From Macrostomum lignano (taxonomy: Eukaryota), in the NCBI GenBank assembly GCA_002269645.1, contig NIVC01003607.1:1-64000 (forward strand): a DNA stretch of 64,000 nucleotides. Reading direction: 5' to 3'. How positions within the stretch are numbered: the stretch's first letter is position 1; each line of letters starts with the position of its first letter. Both the position numbers and the translations under genes were made by a program. Below the pieces are notes generated by a model that saw nothing but the letters and a program-made list of their open reading frames with translations, did not search any database and had not been told where the DNA came from. Below, in pieces: positions 52,472 through 64,000 of this stretch.

Positions 52472-53599
52472 GTAAGTGGCTTCTAAACTATCCTCACCTT
52501 TCTATTTATTATTTCCTATTATAGTGCTCAATGACCCTGACTTTATATACTTGAGCCGTCATTTACCTGTTATTAGTGTTTATTGCAGTCGCAGCCTCGC
52601 GGTTTACTAAGTTGTGCAAAATTACAATTTAGCTGTGCTCTAGATATGCTTGTGATAGAACATTCACATTTAGGTATTTCACATCTCAATTTTTTAAACG
52701 TTTGCTTCACTAATCACCGTTCAAATTAGTTTCTTTCATTCTGTTTTTGAAAGACACGAATACTCGTAAAGTGATTAAAAAGCAAGACTGGGGGAATGCG
52801 GTGTCGGTGCTTGTATGAGTCAATCAGTCGGTTGAGTCCAGTTGTCTCTCAGCGGCAATAGCGTGGGTTGCAGAACATTGTCCAGTCATGCCTCTATCCC
52901 TCTCCTGCATGGCAACACGGGGACTGCGGTGAGACTGACTGTTTGCCTGCGTCAGGAGGACCGGGGCAGGAATTCCTCCACGCCGTCTCGTGCGGCTTAA
53001 GGGGGTTTTAATTAGGGGCAGATGGTCGAGTCCGAGCAACTTACTCCACGCTGGCGAGCTCGGGTCCCAGCGACCCCCACCCCGCCCTGCCCCCATTGTT
53101 CCCAAGGCAGCCCTGCAGCGGGTGGTGGAGGGGGTGCTTAAAGAGATTTCTCGGCGAGCGAGCACAGACCCGAATCCCGGCCGGGCCCCGCAACCAGTCC
53201 AGTGCTGGCTTTGTTTGCTTGTCCCTGCGTCAGCACGCCCTGGGCCTAGGAAAGCCTGCAGTTGCTAGGGGGAGGGGCGGCACAGCGCCTCTGGGAGAAC
53301 TCGGAACTCGGAGATCACGCTGCAGGGGGAGAGCAGGGGAATGCTGCGAGTGAGTCACACTGCCTGTCTGTGCCTGCCTTGACCCTCTCCCAAGAGTTGC
53401 CAACCTGCAGCCACGCGGTTAGTAAAAGCCGACTCAAAGGCAGCAGAGAAATTTGAGTTCCCCAAAATTGTTTTCCTGACAGTATTGAAATTGATCCGGG
53501 TGGAGACTTGCTTGGTTAATTTTGTTCAGCTTACATTTCATACATTTCATCAGACTGATTCTGTGACGGTTTAGATTTTGTAAATTCTAGCGGAGCCCC

Positions 53600-53970
53600 C
53601 CCCTCTGTAGCTGGCCTCCCCTCTGTAGCTGGCGTCCCCTCTGTAGCTGGCGTCCCCTCTGTAGCTGGCGTCCCCTCTGTAGCTGGCGCCCCCTCTGTAG
53701 CTGGCGCCCCTCTGTAGCTGGCGCCCCCTCTGTAGCTGTCGTGGCGCCCCCTCTGTAGCTGGCGTGGCGCCCCCTCTGTAGCTGTCGTGGCGCCCCCTCT
53801 GTAGCTGTCGTGGCGCCCCCTCTGTAGCTGTCGTGGCGCCCCCTCTGTAGCTGTCGTGGCGCCCCCTCTGTAGCTGGCGTGGCGCCCCCTCTGTAGCTGG
53901 CGTGGCGCCCCCTCTGTAGCTGGCGTGGCGCCCCCTCTGTAGCTGGCGTGGCGCCCCCTCTGTAGCTGGC
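53600..53970. repeat. ~23-bp minisatellite (CCCCCTCTGTAGCTGGCGTGGCG)
   Basis: ~16 units. Confidence 0.92.
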
Positions 53971-56900
53971 ACCTGCTCACATTGCCTTCAACTTGCAATA
54001 GAAATTGAATGACTAGACTGCGCCCTCTGTTACCAGCTCCCTTTCTTCCTAAAACAGTATTTTTCTCTCGCTCCATTGCCCCGGCTCCGGTCTCGCATGG
54101 GGTGTTCTCAGTCTATAGAAATCTCAGACCGCAACCCCGCACACAAGGCACGCAAAGCCCCCCCCCCCATTCGAAAAAGGCTGCGGACTGCGGAAGAGAG
54201 GTGAAGGATGGCAGTGGCGCGGACCTCACTGCATTTCAATCTTTCCTATTGTGAGGAGGGTCGGTGTGATACCTTCGCCACTTTGTGCTCTGGCCCGGCC
54301 CCCCTTCTGCTCTCGGGGTTTTTAGTCCCTTAGTTAGCTGCTTTCTTTCATCTTGCATCCATCCTCTGTCGGTCCTGCTCTCTTGTTGCAGCCTGCAGGC
54401 TTCACAGCTCAGTAATTGCGCAAGGCCTAACAGAGACTGCCCCTTACTCTGAGAATGCAGCCTAGTGGGGTTCGGGTCCCCGGCCGGGTTGGGGTGCAGG
54501 TGCTCCCGCCTGCGGCAAAGTTTTCTTTGTGTCTGATGCAGGCCTGGCCTTCTAGATGGAAAGATATAATCCGAATGGCCCTTTGCTACAGGTAATTTAT
54601 TTGATAAATAATCTTAAGCCAGCCGTGACTTCTTGAGCGTGCCAAACTGATACACAATAATGTAGAAGTGTATACAATGTCAAAGCCATTATAGACAGGC
54701 CTTGGGACCGCCGGCTTGCGTCAGAGAAGGAAATATTCGCTCGCTCATTCCCCCCCCCCTGGCCGTTGGGTTCCAATGGCTGGGGCTCGGGCTGCAGGCC
54801 TCTGCATGCGCGCATTCTGAACCGGGTTAAGCAGCACTGCTGATAAGGGGGGGGGTCCGGATGCCCTCCCTGTCCCTGGCATGGGACTAAGCCACTCATT
54901 ACACTCCTCCCAACTTGTGCGCGCGCCTGTGTGTGTGTGCAGCAGCAGGTAGTTCGGGGAGGCTTGAGCCGCGCAAGCCCGCGGGCCCGGAGCCGAAGGA
55001 AGGCCAGATAGGATCTCGCCTTGGCCCATTGGGAGGGGGGTAGGGAAGGAGAGGAAGGCGGGCTGCTGCTGCAGAGCGGGTCTCCGCCCTCCCCTGCTGC
55101 AGCGGTACTGTATAAACAGGGGGAGAGGCTTGGGGACTGCAGCGGTGCTTTCGCTTTGCCTTATCCTTGCCACCCCGGGCCTGAGAGACAGAGAGACGCG
55201 CAGAGACTTCTCTTTTTGCTCGAGCTCGGGTTCTGCAGTTACCGGCCTGGTTTCCAAGATTCTACACGCAAGTTCGCTCTCTGCTGCACAGGCCCGCAGC
55301 TCTCTCTCTCTCACCCGCTCACCCTCTGCGCACAGGATTGAAGTGCCGGCAAAGATTCTCTACTCCCCTCCCCCGGTGAGTGCAGTTTGTGCTGCGTCGC
55401 ATTCCTACTAGGCTATTGTAGGCTGTTGGCCTCTGCTTGCTGCAGACCGCATCCCCCCGGTTGGCGTGAGAGAGTCGCTGAGACAGGAAGGATGCAAATC
55501 GGGTCTGGGGCGAGCCCAGTGCATTGGGGACAGGAGAGGGAGGGGGATTTGCGCAGTAAGGAGGCTTTTGCTGCAGTTTTCACAGAGCCGCGGCACGCAG
55601 GAGAGCCCCCATGAAGCTCCCCAAAATTGCCATGCAGCTGCAGCAGCTCGCACAGCAACAAATGCTGTGCGAGTTTCTCGCACTCGCATCTGTCAGCGGC
55701 TCGGCTTATCGTTCGATTTTCGAGCCCGAGCCGGCGGAGCTGTGCCGCCCTCTTTATCTGCCTGTCCTGAGCTTCTGGGCTCCCGGCCTTGTTGCTACCC
55801 GCCGCTCATTCCTGCGCAGCCCCCCCCCCGGCTTCTGCAGCAGCAGCTCCCCAAGGCGGATGCCAGAACTCTCTGGAGCCGCCCTCCCCTCCCCCCGTTC
55901 TCAATCCCTTCCCCCAGGGGAGTCCGGTTACCGCCCGCCTGCCCCTTATCACTTAGCGAGCTGCTTGAGCTCCTCAGTTGCTAGGGGGGGGGGGGGGAGG
56001 CGCCCCGGTCTGTGAGCTGGTGCCGGCCGGGAATGAGAACCAGAGTAGATAGGGGACGGGCTGTGGCTGCTGAGTCATTGCCGGCCACGCTCCCACAGTG
56101 AGCTCCTGAGCTCCCTTTCTGGCACGCTCTGGTTGCCCAGCCGCGCCCAGCCCCCTCCCCGAGTTTCAGAAGCAGAAGTTTTTCTTTAACTAGCATGACT
56201 CACTCTGGCTCCCACGTTCTTATAGTCTCCAAGTCTCAGGTAGGGGGGATATTCAATTATGCCTTGCTTTTATTTATGGTGTTTAACTTGCCTGCTCGGC
56301 CTATGGATACAGAGACCGGGTGTGAGCTCCCCTGCAATCTCCCCGCGATTCTTGAATCCCAAGACGGGAGCCAAGTTATGCTTGTAAATGGATACGTGAC
56401 TTCTGGCTGTCTCTCGGCCATAGACTGTCGCGGGTGTTGCAGAGCTGTAGCGATAAGGGGGCCGCCTGACTGACTGACTGACTGACTGACTGCGGCAGAG
56501 CATGGCGGGGTGGGGTTGGATTTCAACTGGGGAAATCACGGTTCTGAGCCTCGATGATGCAGTGAAGGATTGCTACACTAAATATTATGGCTGGCGCTAA
56601 CACCAACAATAACTGTAAAAGGAAAATTGGGGGGGGGGGGGCCAGAGAGGCGCGTGGATCCCCCCACTTGCACAGTGCGCAGTTGCAAGCGCTTGAATGC
56701 GATGACACACAGGAAGCAGGCGGCACAGTCACACAGGAAGTGCTGGGCCCCAGTAAGCTGACACTTTCACTCCCCTCTGCTAAGGATCAGTTAGTTCGGG
56801 AAGAGGCACGGATTTCTATTTAGTCCTGGCGCTGTGTCCCACAATGGTGCTGTGTCTAATTATAAGCTTTTAAGGGGAAATTGAGCCGAGTGGGCCCTGC

Positions 56901-57420
56901 TTTGCATATTCCTGCCTGCGGATGATGACTCAGCCGTGCCACAGGTGCCGCAGTGCAGCAGCAGCAGCAGACTTTGCTTTGATCCTGTGCTCTCTTCAAT
57001 CTCCTTCACTCACTTCTTGAGGATAACAGCAGATGATAAGAAATGTGTTTAGGGACTTCCTGTGTCTGCCACTTCCTGCCCTGTGGAGCTTGCAGAGGCG
57101 CACAGGATGTATATTGTGCAGCTGGGATGCAGCAGCCTGGCTGGCAGTTGCTATGTGACCAGTTGGCTTGTATAGAGGGGACTGTGACAGATTCTTATCC
57201 TGGGGTGTGCGCGCCTTTGTAGTTTTGTATACACAATCTGCAGTCACATTTAGGGGCTCCTTCCGGTTCTGGGCTTCAATCAAACATTCCAATTTTTCTG
57301 ACAATTCGCTGCTATTAAGAAGTCTGAAAATATTTATTGCATTTGCTACTATTGCCTGCTTACTGTAAGTAGCATGTGCAGAATCGCTCATCGCGCATCC
57401 TCATAATCTGCTACCTGCAG

Positions 57421-58872
57421 CCCGAGCCCGCCGCAGCGGACCTGAGCGGCGCCAGCAGCAGCGGCAGCAGCGGCAACGACAGCGGCGTCATCAGCGAGAT
57501 GGACAAGGCCAAGTTCAAGGCCCGCCTCATGGAGCTGGTGCGCGACACCTTCGACTTCGACACCAACGCCAGGGTCACCCTGCTCATGAGCGTCCGCCTT
57601 GACGACCAGACTGAGGCGCTGAATGTCGAGGTGTCCGAGGAGCTCCCAGCCAAGCCCGCTTGCGGCCCCGTCGCCGCCGCCCCGCCCGCTGGCAGCGCCA
57701 GCGCTGGCGGCAGCAAGCGGAAGTCGCAGGCGCCGCAACGGATGGTGCCGTCCGGCGAGGACTCCTTCGTGCCCGCCCCAGCCGCCGCCACCGCCCCGTC
57801 TCGCGACGCGTCCAGCAGCTTCGGCGTGGATCTATCGACCCCCGGCACGGCCGCCGCTGTCGCCGCCGAGGACGAGGAGCCGCAGCCGCTGAACCTCAGC
57901 CGCCACGGTTCGCCGTCAGTCGGCGCTGCCGGCTCCTCGTCGACTCCACTGAAGCCGGCAGTCTCCACCTCCGCCGCCGCCGCCTTCCAGCTGAACAACC
58001 CGGACCTGGCCTTCCACCCGTACCTGGCCGCTGCGGTGCAACAGCGGGTTGTCAGGCCGCCGGCCCTGCTGAGCGCTGCCCACCTGCCCGCCCTCGCTCC
58101 CGCCGGCCTTCAGCTGCCGCCGCCGCCGCTGTCGCAGCAGCCGCAGTCTCAGCGGCCGCCGCAGCCGCAGCCGCAGAAGCCGGCAGCTCCGCGCCAAGTG
58201 CGGTCGCGCCGGCCCGGCAACCGGACCTTCCCGTGCAACCAGTGCGGCATCGTGTTCCAGTCCCTGGCTGGCCTGTCCAAGCACACCTTCACCACGCACA
58301 AGGTGTACAAGTGCACCTTCTGCGCCGCCAGCTTCACCCAGCGCTCCAACCTGCAGCGCCACTCGCTCAAGCACGTCGGCTTCAAGCCGTTCGAGTGCCG
58401 CTGCTGCCGCAAGTCCTACTACCGCAAGGACCACCTGGTGCGCCACATCGAGGTGACGCATCCCGGCTTCGACCCCAAGCTGAGCATCGACACCCGGCTG
58501 AGCAGCGCCGAGTGCCTGCAGTACCTGGAGCGCAAGCACGAGAGCCGCGACTACACCTGCCTGAGCGGCGTCGTGCTGTCCGCCGCCACCGCCGCCGCTT
58601 CCGCCTCCGAGGGCGGCATCTCCACCGAAGCCGCCGAGATTGCCGAAGCTGCCGAGGCCCCCGCTGCTGCTGCCGGCGAGGCCACCGCCAGCATGGAGGG
58701 CGAAGGCGAGACCGAGGAGCTGCTGATGCTCGACGAGGAATTCGACGAGGCCGAGGCGGACGCCGAGTTCGATGAGCCAATGGATGAGGCGGAGGCTGAG
58801 GAGGACGCTGAGATCGACGTTGTGGGCAGCGAGGAGGCGCAGCCGATCCTGCTGGAGCAGGCGGCCGAGTGA
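57421..58872 (+). CDS. C2H2 zinc-finger transcription factor, 3 fingers, resembling the flatworm zfp-1 family (main/terminal exon)
   Basis: Fingers CNQC..SKHTFTTH, CTFC..TQRSNLQRHSLKH, linker VGFKPF, CRCC..YYRKDHLVRHIEVTH. Motifs PLNLS and VDLS; acidic tail. Acceptor CTACCTGCAG at 57420. The zfp-1 assignment is from memory of the family and needs a search. Confidence 0.88.
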   Translation, partial: PEPAAADLSGASSSGSSGNDSGVISEMDKAKFKARLMELVRDTFDFDTNARVTLLMSVRLDDQTEALNVEVSEELPAKPACGPVAAAPPAGSASAGGSKRKSQAPQRMVPSGEDSFVPAPAAATAPSRDASSSFGVDLSTPGTAAAVAAEDEEPQPLNLSRHGSPSVGAAGSSSTPLKPAVSTSAAAAFQLNNPDLAFHPYLAAAVQQRVVRPPALLSAAHLPALAPAGLQLPPPPLSQQPQSQRPPQPQPQKPAAPRQVRSRRPGNRTFPCNQCGIVFQSLAGLSKHTFTTHKVYKCTFCAASFTQRSNLQRHSLKHVGFKPFECRCCRKSYYRKDHLVRHIEVTHPGFDPKLSIDTRLSSAECLQYLERKHESRDYTCLSGVVLSAATAAASASEGGISTEAAEIAEAAEAPAAAAGEATASMEGEGETEELLMLDEEFDEAEADAEFDEPMDEAEAEEDAEIDVVGSEEAQPILLEQAAE

Positions 58873-59642
58873 TGAAGCCGCTCGGTCCCAGCCTCCCAGT
58901 CAGATAGAGTCGAACATGATTCCATTCGGCGCATTTACACCGCAGGACAGAATTTTATAAACTGCCGATATGTATCGAAAATGGCGAAATTTTGATTGGA
59001 ACAAAGACTATTGGCCGATCTGTCTCACTCAGTACTTAATCATAGTCAGTCGCTCTCAATTCTCGTGTTATTGTAGTTCGCGTACCGCTCAAACAGGTGC
59101 TAAATTTGCTGCATGCTGCTGCTGTCTGTTGTTTAAAAATCATATTTTGTCACATTAATTCTGATTATAAATCATTTTTTACTGCGCATAGAGCCACCCA
59201 GTCCCCGCTGTGTACATACCGCTCACGAAGCTAATAGTGAAACATTTTGCGTTGCTAAACCAGTGCAGATGAGCAACTAATTAATAATTAATATCCTTAT
59301 TGCGTAATATTCACCCGCTGACCTTCAGCTTTTGTTATTCGTTTTTAAACAGAAAGACTATTGTTAATAATAGCGATCTGCGTTTTTACCTGAACTTTGA
59401 GCTGCAACCGGCCCCCAATGTTGTAACCGCTGCCCGCTTCATTATTTAACCAATCAGCTCAGCTTCTGCCGCAGTTTTAACCAAAATTGCTATGATTTCA
59501 TTGAGCGAGTGAGCACTGATGAGTTTTACCGCACTGGCCCCCGGGCCGCCTCACTGCGACTTCTTGTCGATAAATAAACCTATTGCTAGCCAACTAATTG
59601 CATCCGTGAGACTGAACTCTGGCTTCATCTTTTGCAGATTCG

Positions 59643-61240
59643 CTGTACATTCTAGATGTAGATATGAGTCACTGAACTCTCATTCTAGATGTAGATATGA
59701 GTCACTGAACTCTCATTCTAGATGTAGATATGAGTCACTGAACTCTCATTCTAGATGTAGATATGAGTCACTGAACTCTCATTCTAGATGTAGATATGAG
59801 TCACTGAACTCTCATTCTAGATGTAGATATGAGTCACTGAACTCTCATTCTAGATGTAGATATGAGTCACTGAACTCTCATTCTAGATGTAGATATGAGT
59901 CACTGAACTCTCATTCTAGATGTAGATATGAGTCACTGAACTCTCATTCTAGATGTAGATATGAGTCACTGAACTCTCATTCTAGATGTAGATATGAGTC
60001 ACTGAACTCTCATTCTAGATGTAGATATGAGTCACTGAACTCTCATTCTAGATGTAGATATGAGTCACTGAACTCTCATTCTAGATGTAGATATGAGTCA
60101 CTGAACTCTCATTCTAGATGTAGATATGAGTCACTGAACTCTCATTCTAGATGTAGATATGAGTCACGGAACTCTCATTCTAGATGTAGATATGAGTCAC
60201 TGAACTCTCATTCTAGATGTAGATTTGAGTCACTGAACTCTCATTCTAGATGTAGATATGAGTCACTGAACTCTCATTCTAGATGTAGATATGAGTCACT
60301 GAACTCTCATTCTAGATGTAGATTTGAGTCACTGAACTCTCATTCTATATGTAGATATGAGTCACTGAACTCTCATTCTAGATGTAGATATGAGTCACTG
60401 AACTCTCATTCTAGATGTAGATATGAGTCACTGAACTCTCATTCTAGATGTAGATATGAGTCACGGAACTCTAGTTCTAGATGTAGATATGAGTCACTGA
60501 ACTCTCATTCTAGATGTAGATTTGAGTCACTGAACTCTCATTCTAGATGTAGATATGAGTCACTGAACTCTCATTCTAGATGTAGATATGAGTCACGGAA
60601 CTCTCATTCTAGATGTAGATTTGAGTCACTGAACTCTCATTCTATATGTAGATATGAGTCACTGAACTCTCATTCTAGATGTAGATATGAGTCACGGAAC
60701 TCTCATTCTAGATGTAGATTTGAGTCACTGAACTCTCATTCTAGATGTAGATATGAGTCACTGAACTCTCATTCTAGATGTAGATATGAGTCACGGAACT
60801 CTCATTCTAGATGTAGATATGAGTCACTGAACTCTCATTCTAGATGTAAATTTGAGTCACTGAACTCTCATTCTATATGTAGATATGAGTCACTGAACTC
60901 TCATTCTAGATGTAGATATGAGTCACTGAACTCTCATTCTAGATGTAGATATGAGTCACGGAACTCTCATTCTAGATGTAGATTTGAGTCACTGAACTCT
61001 CATTCTAGATGTAGATATGAGTCACTGAACTCTCATTCTAGATGTAGATATGAGTCACGGAACTCTCATTCTAGATGTAGATTTGAGTCACTGAACTCTC
61101 ATTCTAGATGTAGATATGAGTCACTGAACTCTCATTCTAGATGTAGATATGAGTCACGGAACTCTCATTCTAGATGTAGATTTGAGTCACTGAACTCTCA
61201 TTCTAGATGTAGATATGAGTCACGGAACTCTCATTCTAGA
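59643..61240. repeat. 33-bp minisatellite (CATTCTAGATGTAGATATGAGTCACTGAACTCT)
   Basis: ~48 units. Confidence 0.97.
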
Positions 61241-61975
61241 TGAGACACAGAACTCTCACCCTAGATGAGACACAGAACTCTCACCCTAGATGAGACACAG
61301 AACTCTCACCCTAGATGAGACACAGAACTCTCACCCTAGATGAGACACAGAACTCTCACCCTAGATGAGACACAGAACTCTCACCCTAGATGAGACACAG
61401 AACTCTCACCCTAGATGAGACACAGAACTCTCACCCTAGATGAGGCACAGAACTCTCACCCTAGATGAGACACAGAACTCTCACCCTAGATGAGACACAG
61501 AACTCTCACCCTAGATGAGACACAGAACTCTCACCCTAGATGAGACACAGAACTCTCACCCTAGATGAGACACAGAACTCTCACCCTAGATGAGACACAG
61601 AACTCTCACCCTAGATGAGACACAGAACTCTCACCCTAGATGAGACACAGAACTCTCACCCTAGATGAGACACAGAACTCTCACCCTAGATGAGACACAG
61701 AACTCTCACCCTAGATGAGGCACAGAACTCTCACCCTAGATGAGACACAGAACTCTCACCCTAGATGAGACACAGAACTCTCACCCTAGATGAGACACAG
61801 AACTCTCACCCTAGATGAGGCACAGAACTCTCACCCTAGATGAGACACAGAACTCTCACCCTAGATGAGACACAGAACTCTCACCCTAGATGAGACACAG
61901 AACTCTCACCCTAGATGAGGCACAGAACTCTCACCCTAGATGAGACACAGAACTCTCACCCTAGATGAGACAGCC
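61236..61975. repeat. 25-bp minisatellite (CTAGATGAGACACAGAACTCTCACC)
   Basis: ~29 near-identical units directly abutting the 33-mer array. Confidence 0.97.
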
Positions 61976-62416
61976 AAAATTCACAAAAAATGAACAACTT
62001 CAAAAACACGACACGGATAATTTTGGTTAAATCAGTCAAATTAGATGAACAAATTAGTGAAATTTATTTAAACAGACAAAATGAAGGCAAACGCAGCAAT
62101 GACCCAAACACACAAGGCATGAAAACTGCGGTACGTATGGAGTGAGTAATAAATGAGTTTATTAATGACTGAAACAAACAAACTGTCCGGGCAGTTATTG
62201 GAGCCATAACAATTTTCTTGTTCAGTAGGGGCGCAGGAAACTTCGGGGAGAATTTAGAGAGACACAAAGAGAAAACAAACAAGAAAAACAATTCCTAAGG
62301 AACAAACAGGTCACCGACTAAAAGAAGAAGCTAATGCTGAGAGCAGATGACTGGCACATTGGATTCAGTCTTTGTTCAAGTCTTCGTTCTCACTGTTCGA
62401 CTCCTGCACAGGCTGC

Positions 62417-63948
62417 TCACAGCTCCTCCTTGCCCGCCGGCAGGTTGGCCTTCAAGAATTTCTCCAGCTGGCCGGAGTCAAAGCCGGATCCGTTGAAGCG
62501 AATCGGCGAGTCCTTGCGGCCGGCCGCGGCCAGCAGCAGCAGCGTGGGCGAGCGCTCGGTCGGGTTGAAGAAGTACGCGCCGGGGGCGTCGTTCAGCGCC
62601 GTGTCGAGGTGCCCGACGGTCAGGCCGGGGAAGGCGGCCTTGGTGGCCGGGCTGGTGGCGAACTCGGACAGCTGAAGGATGGCGTCCGAGCATTCCGGCT
62701 TGTCCCGGTCGCACTGCAGCACCAGGCAGCTCGGCCGGCCGGCAGCGAGCACCTGCGCAGGGAGGTAAGTGGCGGCTTCTGTGAGCTCTGCGTCCCGGCT
62801 GGCCTCTCAGCTCAGCTCTGCTCACATCTCACTCTGGTTGATGGAAATCTCACCCTGGGTGATAGGAATCTCACACTGGGTGGTGGGAAATCTCACCCTG
62901 GATGACACACCAAAAGCACAGGTGAGACACTGAAATCTCAGGTGAGACGCTGAAATCTCAGATGGGACACGATAATCTCAGATGAGACACAATAATCTCA
63001 GATGGGACACTGAGATCTCAGATGAGACACGATAATCTCAGATGAGACTGAAATCTCAGATGGGGCACTGAAATCTCAGATGGGGAACGATAATCTCAGA
63101 TGGGACACTGAGATCTCAGATGAGACACGATAATCTCAGATGAGACTGAAATCTCAGATGGGGCACTGAAATCTCAGATGGGGAACGATAATCTCAGATA
63201 AGACACGATAATCTCAGATGACATACGATAATCTCAGATGGGACACGATAACCTCAGATAAGACACTGAAATCTCAGATGACATACGATAATCTCAGATG
63301 GGACACGATAACCTCAGATGAGACACTGAAATCTCAGATAAGACACTGAAATCTCAGATAAGACATGATAATCTCAGATGACATACGATAATCTCAGATG
63401 GGACACGATAACCTCAGATGAGACACTGAAATTTCAGATAAGACACTGAAATCTCAGATGACATACGATAATCTCAGATGGGACACGATAACCTCAGATG
63501 AGACACTGAAATTTCAGATAAGACACTGAAATCTCAGATAAGACATGATAATCTCAGATGACATACGATAAACTCAGATGGACACTGAAATCTCAGATGG
63601 GGCACTGAAATCTCAGATGGGGCACTGAAATCTCAGATAAGACACGACAATCTCAGACGAGACACTGAAATCTCAGATGAGACACTGCAATCTCACGCCA
63701 GCCCTCACCCAATCATCACCCAGGCACCCACCTGCTCCTGGAAGCTGGCCCCGGTCAGGTACAGCAGCGGTCCGGACTGCGAGGCCCGGGCGGTGGCCGA
63801 GCGAACCACGGGGGTGGCGCGGCCGGCCAGCACGCTGGAGACGAACTCTGCGATCTCGTCAGCATCGAAGCTGTCAAGCTCGGAGGCGAAGCGGCGCTTG
63901 TCGGTCCCGTAGCAGCCGAGGTTCAGGTCCGAGCCGCTGTCCTCGAAC
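62417..63948 (-). CDS. Protein disulfide isomerase family (PDIA4/PDIA3-like) ER protein, last two exons (63732-63948, 62417-62752); 5' part outside window
   Basis: FDADEIAEFVSSVLAGRATPVVRS...GPLLYLTGASFQEQ|V resembles the PDI b'-x-a' junction. Thioredoxin-like stretch GHLDTALND...SPTLLLL..GRKDSPIRFNG...LEKFLK. C-terminal KEEL* ER-retention signal. GT-AG phase-0 intron. Confidence 0.75.
62930..63690. repeat. ~20-bp minisatellite (AGATGAGACACTGAAATCTC) in the PDI-like last intron
   Basis: ~38 variant units. Confidence 0.93.
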
Positions 63949-64000
63949 CTGGGCGGGGAGATGAGTTGAGACTTTGCTGAGCTGGCCAGCTGAGTCCCAG

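Noticed and set aside
57411-58934. Overlapping alternative-frame and antisense ORFs over the zinc-finger exon
   Set aside because: Expected shadows of a GC3-rich CDS; the same applies to shadows over the ABCA, Gypsy, GPCR and PDI exons.
59519-61243. 574-aa ORF of (HSRCRYESLNS)n
   Set aside because: It is the 33-bp array read in a stop-free frame (unit length divisible by 3). No splice or codon-bias support.

Overview
Eukaryotic (animal) genomic DNA with GT-AG introns, mostly GC3-rich exons and an extreme density of tandem repeats. This style and a zfp-1-like gene suggest a free-living flatworm such as Macrostomum (inference only). Left to right: (1) two tandem, 3-exon, full-size ABCA (ABCA5-like) transporter paralogs on + (45-7105, heavily frameshifted; 12534-18335, near-intact), separated by a defective Mag-like Ty3/Gypsy LTR retrotransposon on - (7585-11920); (2) a complete 5-exon PP1 catalytic-subunit gene on - (20073-26558), head-to-head with a P2X receptor gene on + (27226-~34547) across an AT-rich island; (3) a 2-exon neuropeptide-Y-receptor-like GPCR (40184-44130); (4) a three-finger C2H2 transcription factor (main exon 57421-58872); (5) the 3' end of a PDIA4/PDIA3-like ER protein ending in KEEL (-, 62417-63948). 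About 20 distinct mini/microsatellite arrays fill introns and intergenic DNA. There are also two copies of a tRNA-headed SINE, an RTE-like LINE fragment and several TIR elements. Best leads: a hAT-type element with a perfect 8-bp TSD that carries a 1.6-kb minisatellite, nested in a second TIR element; an AT-rich bidirectional promoter island whose exons have inverted codon bias; mosaic near-identical/divergent ABCA paralogs; and a repeat family stepping 33->25->20 bp across an exon. Most long ORFs in the track are repeat artefacts. Coordinates and counts were read by hand; no searches were run.
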